Notes: generated from the sequence alone by a model not told the origin. 64,000 bases of DNA from an uncultured Massilia sp. (GCA_913778765.1 CAJYXO010000071.1:2148-66147); one strand, 5' to 3'. Shown: positions 55,742-64,000, numbered from the stretch's first letter. Made by a program: numbers and translations.

Positions 55742-56731
55742 TTAGCGATTCCTGTTGTCCGGCACGGCGCCGCCTGAGCCGGCGCCCGAGCCCGTGCTGC
55801 CGCCGCCCGACGATCCGAGCGCGCCGCGCGGCGCCGCCAGCGGATGCTCGCGGTGCGCCATCTCCTCGCGGCGCGCGGCCTCGATCCTGTCGTTCAGCGC
55901 GCGCGTGTCCTGGTCCTCGCCCCAGCGCTTCGTGAACGCCTGCAGGCGGCTGCGCGCCTTGTCGAAGCCGGATGCCGCCAGCGCCGATTCGACCGCAACG
56001 CTGGCGTCGTTCCAGGCCTTGCTGCGCTGGCGCCGCTTCGTACAGGCGGCGGCTTCGTCGTTGAGCGCCTGCTGCAGGCGCTGCAACTGCGCCGGCGTGG
56101 CGCGCGACTTGCGCAGCGCAATCAACTCGGCCTGCGCATCGCCGGCCTTGCACTCGCGCGCCAGGGCGATCGCGGCGTCGATGCGGCGCTCGATCCGCTT
56201 GCTCGACGGCTTGGCCACGAACCACAGGCCCCACAGCACGGCCAGCGCCAGGATCCACCAGCGCAGGCGGATCGGCCTGCGTCCCGGCGGACGCGCGGCC
56301 AACGGCGGGCGCGGCACTTCCTGGCGCGGCGGGACCGCCTCGGCGGCGGGCTTGCCGCCGCGGCCGAAGGCGGTGGCGCTCGGTGCGCCGGCGCCGGCCT
56401 GTGAAGCTGCCTGTGCGCCTGTTGTGCGTGCGGCAGCGGACGGCGCGGCAGCCGGGGCAACCGGCGGCGCGGCAGGCGCCACCTCGGCCGCCGGCGCATC
56501 CGACCAGCCGGACAGCGCCGCCGCCGCGCTTGCGCCCGCAGCCGCTGCCGCGGCCTTGTCTGCGGCAGCCGCCGCCGCTGCGGATAGAGCGCCGTCGGGC
56601 ATCGCCGCCGCGGGCGTGCGCGCACCGCTGCGCGCCTGCGCAGTCCCGCACCACGGACAGAAGTTCACAGGCCGCGGCGTGGGCCGGCCACAGGCGGCAT
56701 TGATGCATCGGTAAATCGTTTCGTCTGCCAC
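55742..56731 (-). CDS. Zn-ribbon / Ala-Pro-rich linker / single-TM / helical ectodomain protein
   Basis: 329 aa. N-terminal C-x4-C...C-x2-C (YRCINAACGRPTPRPVNFCPWCG). About 130 aa of A/P-rich low complexity. TM WWILALAVLWGLWFV. C-terminal helical domain. Starts 9 nt after the tubulin-like gene stop. Confidence 0.6.
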   Translation of the reverse strand: MADETIYRCINAACGRPTPRPVNFCPWCGTAQARSGARTPAAAMPDGALSAAAAAAADKAAAAAAGASAAAALSGWSDAPAAEVAPAAPPVAPAAAPSAAARTTGAQAASQAGAGAPSATAFGRGGKPAAEAVPPRQEVPRPPLAARPPGRRPIRLRWWILALAVLWGLWFVAKPSSKRIERRIDAAIALARECKAGDAQAELIALRKSRATPAQLQRLQQALNDEAAACTKRRQRSKAWNDASVAVESALAASGFDKARSRLQAFTKRWGEDQDTRALNDRIEAARREEMAHREHPLAAPRGALGSSGGGSTGSGAGSGGAVPDNRNR

Positions 56732-56740
56732 GGCGCTCCC

Positions 56741-59700
56741 TTATTCCGGATCGGGGATGCCGTCGTCCGGATCGGGAATCGCGGCATCCAGCCCGCCCGC
56801 CAGCTCCGGGAGCTCGCCGACCGTCTTCCACTTGTCCAGGCGCGGGTTCCACAGCATGTTCCAGATGCGCGTGCCGCGGTCGATCTCGCCGCGCGCCAGC
56901 TGCTGCGCCACCTCTTCCAGCGCGTACGGGCCGCGCTGGGCGCCGTTCACGAACAGCTTGAAGCGCGCCGCGCCGGTCGCGGCGGGTTGCAGGTCGGCGC
57001 CATGGCCGAAGCCATCGCCGCCCAGGCCCGCCGCCGTGCCGGCCGGCGCGCCCGACCGGCGTTCGAGGGCCTGCAGCGCGCGCGCCTCGCTGGCGAGGAA
57101 CTCGGGCCGGATGATGCGCTTGTCGACCGGGCGCTCGACCTCCCAGTGGTAGGCGTCGCTGGCGGAATCCGGCACCGTCTCGCTCCACAGGTCGAGCTGG
57201 GCCAGGGCCGCCTCGACCTGGGCCGGCGTCAGCTCGGGATGCAGCGAGGATGCGCGCCGCATCCACTGGTCGTACAGCCGGCGCGCCGTGATGGTCGGCA
57301 GCGACGGCGACGGCAGCTGGGCGCCGGTCTCGTCGACTTCCAGCTTGGGCTCGTACACGCGCAACTGGTAGTGGCGCATCAGCGCCGCCAGCAGCGCCAG
57401 CCGGTAGGGTCCCATGTTCCCGAGGCGCTGGCGCACGGCGGCGATCACCTGCTCGCGATAGTAGGGCGGCAGGCCGTTCGAGCGGATCGCGTACTCGTTG
57501 CCGATCTGGAGCCATTCGCCGGAGCCCGGCTCGACCTCGAACAGGTACTGGCCGCGCGGCTGGAAGGCCGCTTCGCGGTCGCCGGCATCCTGCTTGCGGC
57601 GGATGACGCCCAGCGCCACCGCCTCCAGGTACCATTCGTAATCGTCGGCCAGGCGGTTCAATTCGTCCATCGAGGGCGAGATCGGATGCCGGAAGCGGGT
57701 CGAATCGAAATGCAGGTGGGTCGGGATCTTCGGGTTTTCGATCTGGTAGGAGGCGCGCCAGGTCGGCAGGCCGCGCAGCACCGTCATCGGATAGCCGGAC
57801 AGCTCGATGTAGCACACCGCTCTGCCGGTCACGCCGGTGTTGACGATGGCGACCGCGTCGCCGTGCAGGAATCCGGTCGGCACGGCGGCGCGGATCTCGG
57901 CTTCCAGCCGGCGCCAGGCGGCCGGGTCGCCGACGCCGATGAAGCACTTGAACTGGTCGGCGCTGGGCGTGAACTCGGCCGAGAAGCGCGCGTTAATCCA
58001 CGGCATGGCGCTGCGGATCCACTCGCTGAACACGCGGTGGCGCTCCTGCGGCGACATCGCCCCCAGGCGTTCCAGCAGCGGATCGACCGCGTCGCCCGGT
58101 TCGAGTCCGGCGGCCTGCATGCTGGAGAGCTGGGTCTGCGCGCGGCGGAACAGCTTCAGCAGCAGGTCGGCGCGGGTGCGTTCGTCGCCGAGCTGGGGAA
58201 AGAGCTGGGCCGAGCCGCCGAATTCCAGCAGCACTTCTTCGGCCCAGCCGCTGACGTCGCTCGTGAGCCTGGGCGGCGCCGGCTGCGTATCGCCGGTGAG
58301 CTTCAGGTAGGTCGCGTGCTCGTGGCGGGCGTCGTCGCGCAGCTGGCCGATGCGCTGGTCGCAGGCCGCCAGCATTGCGCCGACGTTGCGCCGGCCTTCC
58401 TGGAATTCGCCGGCGACGCCGCTCCACTGGGCCTGGCCCTGTTCGTCGGTGCCCTGTGGATTGCCGAGCCAGGCCGACATGCTGTGCATGACGTCGATCG
58501 CCTGGCCCGCCGCCACCGACAGCAGGTGGAAGCGCAGGTAGTCGGCGATGTCGCGCTTCAGGTGGTTCATGACTTCGCGCGCCTGGGCATCCTTGCCGAA
58601 CAGGCGGCCGGCGGCCTGCGACAGGTTGTTCAGCGATTCTTCGACCTGGCGCGTGCGCAGGGCGTCGCGGATGTCGCGGTAGCGCTTGCCGTTGCGCTGG
58701 GCGTTGGCGAGGTCGCGCTGGGCCAGCCTGGCCTTGATCTGTTCCAGCAGCGACAGCACGAATTCCAGGCCGCCCTGCTTGCGGTCGTCGAGCAGCATGT
58801 ACAGGCGCCCGCGCACGTTCAGGCGCAACTCCGCCAGCAGCTCGCCGGTCTTGCGCTTGATGCGGTCTTCGCTGGTCTCGGCGGTGGCGCCGGCTTCGCG
58901 GATGGCGTCCCGTTCCAGGTTGGGCAGCAGCTCGACCACCTTTTCGCGCCACAGCTTCAGGTCGTAGGACGCCATGATGCGGTCGATCTCGAGCTGCACC
59001 TTGCTCTCGACCCGCTCCAGCAGCGAGCGCTGGTCCTTGTCCATCAGGAGCATGTCGGTCAGCGCGTATTCCTGGAACGGCGTGACGTCCACCGTGCCCT
59101 TGCGGAAGTCGGGGAATTCCGAGAACGGATGCTCCTGCAAACCCATCTGGTCGCGCATGAAGCTGTCGCGCTCCGCGTCGGTGGCGCGGCGCGCGGCCTT
59201 GCCGTCGGTGCTGGCCAAACCGAAGAAAGCCTTCACCATCAAGGCCGCCAGCTCGTAGGCGCGGATATCGTCGCGCAGGCTTTGCTGGGTGTCGAGCACC
59301 GACTGGCCGAAGGCCGAATAGACCTTCGAGTAGGACAGGCGCATGTCGCCGAAGCGCTGCTCCGGCACGCGCGGATTGTAGGGGCCGAGCTTGTGCTGCT
59401 GCTGGTTCACCGCCACCGAACGCTTGCGGTTGGCGAAATCGGCCGAAGCGAAGTCTTCGAACAAGGTGTCCGCCACCATCTGGTAGACGTCCTTCACGTC
59501 CTGGGTCGCCTTGTTGGCCAGGTTGGCGGTGTCGACGAAATAGACGTCGTCGAAGGGCGCGCCGCGCCCGGTCACGCTGTCCGGGTCCATCCACTGCACG
59601 CGCGCGTTCATGTCGCGCATGGTGGTCTCGAGTTCCATCAGGGTCGCGTAGGCATTCGCCTCGGTGCGCTCCTTGTTGGCCTTCGCATAGCCCGAAGGCA

Positions 59701-60421
59701 GGAACATGACCAGGTCGACCTGGCTGCTCGAAACCTCCTGGCTTGCGATGGCCTTGGCGAGCCAGCCCAGGTCGATGGCGCTGCCGGCCCCGGTGCCGCC
59801 GGCGTTCGAGGCGATGACGACGATGCGGAATTTACTGGTATCGACCTGCAGCCCGAGGCGCTGGTAATTCTCCTTGCGCTCGTTGCCCGCATTCGAGCTG
59901 AGGAAGTTCAGCGCGCCCTTGATGCGGCCGCGCAGCTTGGGGTATTTGTCGAACAAATACAGGCGCGCCAGCGCGCGGATCTGGCCGGCGCCCTTGGACG
60001 GATCGATGCCCAGCGAGCGCAGCTTCTTGGGCCGCAGCGGCATCCAGTTTTCGATGAGCGGGAAGCGCGCCAGGCTGTCGTCGGATTCGTGGTACTGCGG
60101 CAGGTCGAGCGGTTCCACCAGGCGTTCTTCGTCGCTCAGCTTGACCAGCTCGAACCAGGGATCGGTGCGCTGCGACTTGCCTTCGTCGATGATGGCCTGG
60201 TTGTCGAGGTCGAAGTGCAGGAAGCGCGCCACCGGGAAGTCGGCGATCGACTCCACGCGGGTCGGATGCTGGCGGTTCCACACCGCCGACAGGATGCGGC
60301 GGCGGATCCGCATCATGACTTCCATGCCGGTGCCGCCGGCGCCGATGAACAGCGTCGGGCGCAGGTCGACCTTGAGTTCCGCTTTCTTGTTCAGCGCCGA
60401 GGGATCGGGAAAATCTGCCAT
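56741..60421 (-). CDS. Giant tubulin/FtsZ-superfamily GTPase-like protein (Tubulin_2-type) with C-terminal GYF_2-like domain
   Basis: 1,226 aa. T1-like loop LFIGAGGTGMEV (nt 60326..60343). Exact tubulin signature [SAG]GGTG[SA]G as AGGTGAG in VVIASNAGGTGAGSAIDLG (nt 59783..59803). T5/T6-like FLPSGY...NAYATLMEL. C-terminal FKLFVNGAQRGPYALEEVAQQLARGEIDRGTRIWNMLWNPRLDKWKTVGELPEL fits GYF_2/DUF4339. Confidence 0.75.
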   Translation of the reverse strand: MADFPDPSALNKKAELKVDLRPTLFIGAGGTGMEVMMRIRRRILSAVWNRQHPTRVESIADFPVARFLHFDLDNQAIIDEGKSQRTDPWFELVKLSDEERLVEPLDLPQYHESDDSLARFPLIENWMPLRPKKLRSLGIDPSKGAGQIRALARLYLFDKYPKLRGRIKGALNFLSSNAGNERKENYQRLGLQVDTSKFRIVVIASNAGGTGAGSAIDLGWLAKAIASQEVSSSQVDLVMFLPSGYAKANKERTEANAYATLMELETTMRDMNARVQWMDPDSVTGRGAPFDDVYFVDTANLANKATQDVKDVYQMVADTLFEDFASADFANRKRSVAVNQQQHKLGPYNPRVPEQRFGDMRLSYSKVYSAFGQSVLDTQQSLRDDIRAYELAALMVKAFFGLASTDGKAARRATDAERDSFMRDQMGLQEHPFSEFPDFRKGTVDVTPFQEYALTDMLLMDKDQRSLLERVESKVQLEIDRIMASYDLKLWREKVVELLPNLERDAIREAGATAETSEDRIKRKTGELLAELRLNVRGRLYMLLDDRKQGGLEFVLSLLEQIKARLAQRDLANAQRNGKRYRDIRDALRTRQVEESLNNLSQAAGRLFGKDAQAREVMNHLKRDIADYLRFHLLSVAAGQAIDVMHSMSAWLGNPQGTDEQGQAQWSGVAGEFQEGRRNVGAMLAACDQRIGQLRDDARHEHATYLKLTGDTQPAPPRLTSDVSGWAEEVLLEFGGSAQLFPQLGDERTRADLLLKLFRRAQTQLSSMQAAGLEPGDAVDPLLERLGAMSPQERHRVFSEWIRSAMPWINARFSAEFTPSADQFKCFIGVGDPAAWRRLEAEIRAAVPTGFLHGDAVAIVNTGVTGRAVCYIELSGYPMTVLRGLPTWRASYQIENPKIPTHLHFDSTRFRHPISPSMDELNRLADDYEWYLEAVALGVIRRKQDAGDREAAFQPRGQYLFEVEPGSGEWLQIGNEYAIRSNGLPPYYREQVIAAVRQRLGNMGPYRLALLAALMRHYQLRVYEPKLEVDETGAQLPSPSLPTITARRLYDQWMRRASSLHPELTPAQVEAALAQLDLWSETVPDSASDAYHWEVERPVDKRIIRPEFLASEARALQALERRSGAPAGTAAGLGGDGFGHGADLQPAATGAARFKLFVNGAQRGPYALEEVAQQLARGEIDRGTRIWNMLWNPRLDKWKTVGELPELAGGLDAAIPDPDDGIPDPE

Positions 60422-60449
60422 GTCGTTATCCTTTGATTCTTGGCGGCGC

Positions 60450-60914
60450 TTACCGGCGGCCGATGAGCAAGGCCGCGATGAGGGCCACCACGCCGATCAC
60501 GACCAGCGGCCCGGTGATCGCCAGGGTCAGGTACTTGGCCGCATTGATGATCGCCAGCACCGCCGCGAAGGACAGGAAAGCCAGTCCGACGAACAGCAGC
60601 CAGCCGGCGCTGCCGGCCGAAGACGGCGCCACGCGCTTGACCACCAGGTGGTGCACGTAGGCGTTGCGCACGAAGAAGTAAATCACCAGCAGCACCAGCA
60701 GGATCGCACCGCCGATCGCCAGGTCGCGCGCCGAGGTGTCGCGCAGCGGCGCCGCGCTGGGATTGGTGGCGCCGCCCGGCGCGATCTCGACCGGTTGACT
60801 GGCGGTGTCGGGCGCGGTCTTCGGCAGCCCTTCCTGGGGGGTGGTCTGCTGGGTCTGGCCCGGCAGCTTGAAGCCGGGGTCGGTGGAATCCGGCGAGGTC
60901 TTCTTGTCTTGCAT
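60450..60914 (-). CDS. Small polytopic membrane protein (3 predicted TM helices, disordered N-terminus)
   Basis: 154 aa. A P/T/Q-rich ~60-aa N-terminus, then LAIGGAILLVLLVIYFFV, WLLFVGLAFLSFAAVLAIINAA and LAITGPLVVIGVVALIAALLIG. Stops 28 nt before the tubulin-like gene. Confidence 0.6.
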   Translation of the reverse strand: MQDKKTSPDSTDPGFKLPGQTQQTTPQEGLPKTAPDTASQPVEIAPGGATNPSAAPLRDTSARDLAIGGAILLVLLVIYFFVRNAYVHHLVVKRVAPSSAGSAGWLLFVGLAFLSFAAVLAIINAAKYLTLAITGPLVVIGVVALIAALLIGRR

Positions 60915-60937
60915 GGGCCTTCCTTTCGTTTTTTATC

Positions 60938-62431
60938 TCATCGTCCCAGCCGGACCTGGGCGCCTTCGCGCAGGTCGATCAACTGGTGGCCGAACAGCGT
61001 CGTCTTCAGGCGGGCCACCTGGTTGCCCGCCTTGTCGTAGATCGGTTGCGTGGCGCCGGAACGCGTGTGCACGGTGCGCAATTCGTCTTCCACGACCAGC
61101 TGCACGCGGCGCGGCCGGCCGTAGGCGTACGCTGCGCCGGCGCCCGCCGCCAGCAGGGCCAGCACGCCGCCCAGCAGCGCCATCAGCGGCCCCGAGCCGT
61201 AGTGCACCCTCACTTCCAGCGGCAGCACCGCCGTCGATGCCTGGATTTCGGCGGGCGGCGTAAAGATCTCGGGCAGCGGATCGCCGGGGAACAGCGCCGC
61301 CATGCGTTCGCGGAAGGCTTGCGACAGCACCAGGCGCTGATTCGCCAGGTGCAGTTCGATCCGGCCCGGCAGCACATAGGCCGAGCCGGCCGACTTGAGC
61401 GCCTCCATCGACCATTTGCCGGGCAGTTTCGCCACCGGCAGCTGCATGCTGGCGGACAGCGGCTCGGGCTTGCCCGGCGCCAGCTGCTTCACGTCGCGCC
61501 GCGCCAGTTCGATCGGCCGGTTCTCGCCGGCCAGCACCGAGCGCGCGCTGAGGGTGGCGTCGGCGATCGTGTACGGATACATCGTGTTCTCCAGCTGCCA
61601 CTGGATGCGTGTGCTGGGCGCCACCGCATCCGGCTCGACGTCGGCATGCAGGCGGCCGCCCGCATCCATCGCCAGCGCCACGCCGGCCGCGCCTTCGACG
61701 CGGCGCGGCACCAGGCGCACGGTGTCGCGGTCCAGCGGCTTCAGGCGCGCCGGCGGCTCGGTGATCACGCGCTGCACGCGGCCGGCAGCCAGCAAGGCAT
61801 CCAGCGCGCGCGCGCCCTCCTTCCCGACCGCGAACACATACACCATCAGGCCGTTCGCGCTGTAGTGCGCGCCCTGCACCTTCATGCGCAGCGGGAAAGC
61901 GAGCGCCTTGTCGATCGCGGCGCCGCGGTGGATCAGCGCGTAGAACTCGCGGTTGCGGGCGCTGGTGGCCTGGTCGTTGTTCGGGCTGTTGCGGTTGTTC
62001 GTCACCAGCCACACCAGGCCCGGCTTGCCGCCGAGGACCCGGTTCAGGGCGGCGTCGACGGCTTCGCCGAGGTCGGTATCGGCCAGCGCCTGGCCGCCGG
62101 GCTTCCTGGCCAGCTGCAAATCCTGCAGGGCCGCCTGGACGTGGGCGTGGACCGTCTTCGCATCGACCTGTTCGGACAGCAGGCCTTTCGGCGACGGCGC
62201 CCCGGGCAGCGACTGGTTGAAGGCGGCCAGCACCAGCGCGTCGCCGGGCTGCACCACGTTGCTGACCAGTTCCGTCACCAGCGGCTTGAAGCTCGAGGCC
62301 GGGTCGCTGTAGAAGGGCTCCATCCAGCCCGAGTTCTGGACCAGCACGACATGCGGGATGGCGAAGGCGGGCGCGGCGGCGCCCAGCAGGCTTGCCGCGA
62401 GGACCAGCATCGAAGCGAGCGCGCGCCTCAC
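60938..62431 (-). CDS. Exported vWA-like protein with degenerate MIDAS, C-terminal TM anchor and short cytoplasmic tail
   Basis: The GTG start at 62431 overlaps the upstream stop (GTGA). Signal peptide VRRALASMLVLAASLLGAAAPAFA. vWA-like strand/helix pattern VVLVQNSGWM (DxSxS replaced by QxSxW), ALVLAAFN, ADTDLGEAVDAAL, LVWLVTNNRN. TM LMALLGGVLALLAAGAGAAYAY, then a ~60-aa tail. The track ORF (to 62578) is longer. Confidence 0.5.
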   Translation of the reverse strand: MRRALASMLVLAASLLGAAAPAFAIPHVVLVQNSGWMEPFYSDPASSFKPLVTELVSNVVQPGDALVLAAFNQSLPGAPSPKGLLSEQVDAKTVHAHVQAALQDLQLARKPGGQALADTDLGEAVDAALNRVLGGKPGLVWLVTNNRNSPNNDQATSARNREFYALIHRGAAIDKALAFPLRMKVQGAHYSANGLMVYVFAVGKEGARALDALLAAGRVQRVITEPPARLKPLDRDTVRLVPRRVEGAAGVALAMDAGGRLHADVEPDAVAPSTRIQWQLENTMYPYTIADATLSARSVLAGENRPIELARRDVKQLAPGKPEPLSASMQLPVAKLPGKWSMEALKSAGSAYVLPGRIELHLANQRLVLSQAFRERMAALFPGDPLPEIFTPPAEIQASTAVLPLEVRVHYGSGPLMALLGGVLALLAAGAGAAYAYGRPRRVQLVVEDELRTVHTRSGATQPIYDKAGNQVARLKTTLFGHQLIDLREGAQVRLGR

Positions 62432-63924
62432 GACAGCGCTTCCAGATTCCAGCCGCGGATCCGGTTCCAGTCGGGGTGGTGCAGCCACAGGCGGTTGGCG
62501 TACACGAAGGGCAGGCACGCGAGCGGACGCGAAAGGCGTGCGATCTCGTCGAGGATGACGTTGCGCCGGCCTATCCATTCGACCGTGGTGCGGGCGATCA
62601 CGCGGTCGGCCAGCGCTTCTTCGGCGCGGCCGGTGTATTTATGGAAGCGCAGCACCAGCCCGCTGGGCTGGGCGCGGTTGTTGTTGAAGCTGCGCAGCAG
62701 CGGCAGCACCAGCGAATCGTCTTCGTTCGGATCCTCGACGTGCGCCCCCAGCCAGGGATCGTCGACCACCGGATGGCCGCGCCGGAACAGCAAGTTGGCG
62801 AAGCCCAGGCGCGCGCCGTCGATCGGCTCGCGCTGCGGATGCTCGACGCCGAGTTCGAGGAAGCAGTAGGACTGGCCGTCATGCCCGATCAGCCACATGC
62901 GGCCGTCGCGGCTCAGGGTCGGTCCGCCGAACTGCAGGCGCGGCAGCCAGGTGTCGGGCCAGGGCAGGAAGCGCGGCGCCTCGCCCGGACGCCACAGCAG
63001 CTGGCCCTCGTCGTGCAGCCAGGCCAGCTGGCCGTCGTAGCCGATCGGGCGGCTCCAGCCGGACAGCGGCAGCGCGCCGCACTCGTATTGCGGTCCCGGC
63101 GCCAGTTCGGCATCCAGCGTGGCCAGCACCAGCACGCCGGCATGCCCGCGCACCGGGCAGGCCAGTTGGCGCCGCATGCTGCCGGGCGCCGCCACCATCG
63201 GCGCGGCCAGCACGGAATCGAGCCGGAAGCTCTCGCTGATCGGGTTGATCCACAGGCGGTACAGGCCCTGGGCGGTCGGCACCAGGGCGACTTCGCCGCG
63301 CCGCGGTTCCAGCGACGGCAGCCAGCCATAGTCGGAAGCGCCGAAGCGCAGATCGGCCGTTCCCTCTTCCGGCACCAGCACGTGCCACAGCTCGCCCAGC
63401 GGATCCCAGTACTGCAGCACGCCGCGTCCCGGCGCCAGGGCCAGCAGGCGCTGTTCCTGGAAACCGTAGCCGGCGGCGATGAACACGCACTCGGCGTTCG
63501 GCGGCGTCGGCATCGACGTGTCGAAGCGGCCGACCACAGGCGCGGCCGGACGCTCTTCGAGACTGTCGCCGAGCGGCAGCGAGGTGACCGGCAGGCCGTG
63601 CGGCACGTGGCGCGGCAGCGCCTGGTCCGCATACGGCCCCCACCACTCGGGGCGGCGCTGCTGGCGCCCGGCCAGCCGTTCGAGCGGGCTGCCGCAGGCG
63701 GGGCAGAAGGAAAAGCCTTCGGGATAGATGGGCGAGTGTTCGCAACCTTCGGTATCGCAGGCCGGCAGCGAAGCGCCGAGCAGGTGCGCGAAGTCGGCCA
63801 TGCGTCCGCGCGCATGACGGCTCCAGTCGATCCGGCCCAGCCCTTCGCTGGCCGCCAGTTCGAACTGCCCGCTGCCCTCGTCTTCCAGCCAGACGCTGGC
63901 TGGAGTTTCCCATCGGTATGGCAT
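62428..63924 (-). CDS. Zn-ribbon protein with repeat-rich (beta-propeller-like) body; first gene of the tubulin-like operon
   Basis: 498 aa. C-x4-C...C-x2-C (ACDTEGCEHSPIYPEGFSFCPACG). Then recurring G-x-L/W-W strands (GVLQYWDPLGELWHV, GLYRLWINP, GQLAWLHDEGQLLWRP, DGRMWLIGHDGQSY, NRLWLHHPDW). No family recognised. Confidence 0.5.
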   Translation of the reverse strand: MPYRWETPASVWLEDEGSGQFELAASEGLGRIDWSRHARGRMADFAHLLGASLPACDTEGCEHSPIYPEGFSFCPACGSPLERLAGRQQRRPEWWGPYADQALPRHVPHGLPVTSLPLGDSLEERPAAPVVGRFDTSMPTPPNAECVFIAAGYGFQEQRLLALAPGRGVLQYWDPLGELWHVLVPEEGTADLRFGASDYGWLPSLEPRRGEVALVPTAQGLYRLWINPISESFRLDSVLAAPMVAAPGSMRRQLACPVRGHAGVLVLATLDAELAPGPQYECGALPLSGWSRPIGYDGQLAWLHDEGQLLWRPGEAPRFLPWPDTWLPRLQFGGPTLSRDGRMWLIGHDGQSYCFLELGVEHPQREPIDGARLGFANLLFRRGHPVVDDPWLGAHVEDPNEDDSLVLPLLRSFNNNRAQPSGLVLRFHKYTGRAEEALADRVIARTTVEWIGRRNVILDEIARLSRPLACLPFVYANRLWLHHPDWNRIRGWNLEALS

Positions 63925-64000
63925 TTTCCCCCGCTGTCGATCCTGATTCCATCGTCAAAACGCCACGGCCCGCGCCAATCATGGGGCCGTTGTGCTTTTG

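Noticed and set aside
56380-56640. GCC/GCG-rich run considered as a DNA tandem repeat or VNTR
   Set aside because: There is no fixed repeat unit. It is the coding sequence for an Ala/Pro-rich linker within an intact reading frame. Possible length polymorphism is noted, but this is not a discrete repeat feature.

Overview
High-GC (about two-thirds G+C by eye) chromosomal segment with betaproteobacterial, Burkholderiales/Oxalobacteraceae-like character. That placement is an inference from the glucokinase-RpiR gene fusions, the phasin type and the REP repeat type.

I count about 50 credible protein-coding genes. I saw no rRNA, tRNA, CRISPR array, transposase or integrase. Start codons were chosen by eye from signal peptides, SD sequences and gene overlaps, so they may be off by a few codons.

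Main content:
- A fragmented alpha-glucan (maltodextrin/starch/pullulan) utilisation regulon. It comprises a GH13 alpha-glucosidase with a Glk-RpiR fusion; a POT-family transporter with a pullulanase; a periplasmic amylase with pgm and a GPH/SLC45-type MFS symporter; and a TonB-dependent receptor with a tryptophan-halogenase-like gene, divergent from GH13, a GH15-like giant protein and an esterase.
- otsBA (trehalose synthesis), convergent with an overlapping four-gene cassette of unknown product (acyl-CoA dehydrogenase-like, PIG-L deacetylase, NodS-like methyltransferase, GT2).
- Housekeeping or accessory genes: garR plus glycerate kinase, marR plus a DHA2 efflux pump, yeeE, deaD, a LysR regulator with a cupin/CMD/cupin cluster, two GNATs, codA, a phasin, an MdlAB-like ABC pair, and a TPR-GGDEF protein.

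The most unusual locus is 55421..63924 (minus strand). It is a tightly packed six-gene operon centred on a 1,226-aa tubulin/FtsZ-superfamily protein. That protein carries an exact tubulin signature (AGGTGAG) and a GYF_2-like C-terminus. Its neighbours are two Zn-ribbon proteins, a MIDAS-less vWA-like exported protein, a small polytopic membrane protein and a lipoprotein. I interpret this as a candidate envelope-spanning cytomotive or membrane-remodelling system of unknown function.

Other signals:
- A recurrent 15-bp palindrome, TGTAGT-N3-ACTACA, lies in front of the alpha-glucan operons. It is a candidate operator for the two paralogous Glk-RpiR fusions.
- Five copies of a bipartite REP/MITE-like element are present. 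One supplies the 3' end and stop codon of a GNAT gene.
- A perfect 12-bp anti-SD/SD stem precedes pgm.
- A canonical terminator separates the TonB-dependent receptor gene from the halogenase-like gene.

Many very long ORFs in the six-frame track are antisense artefacts of the high GC content.
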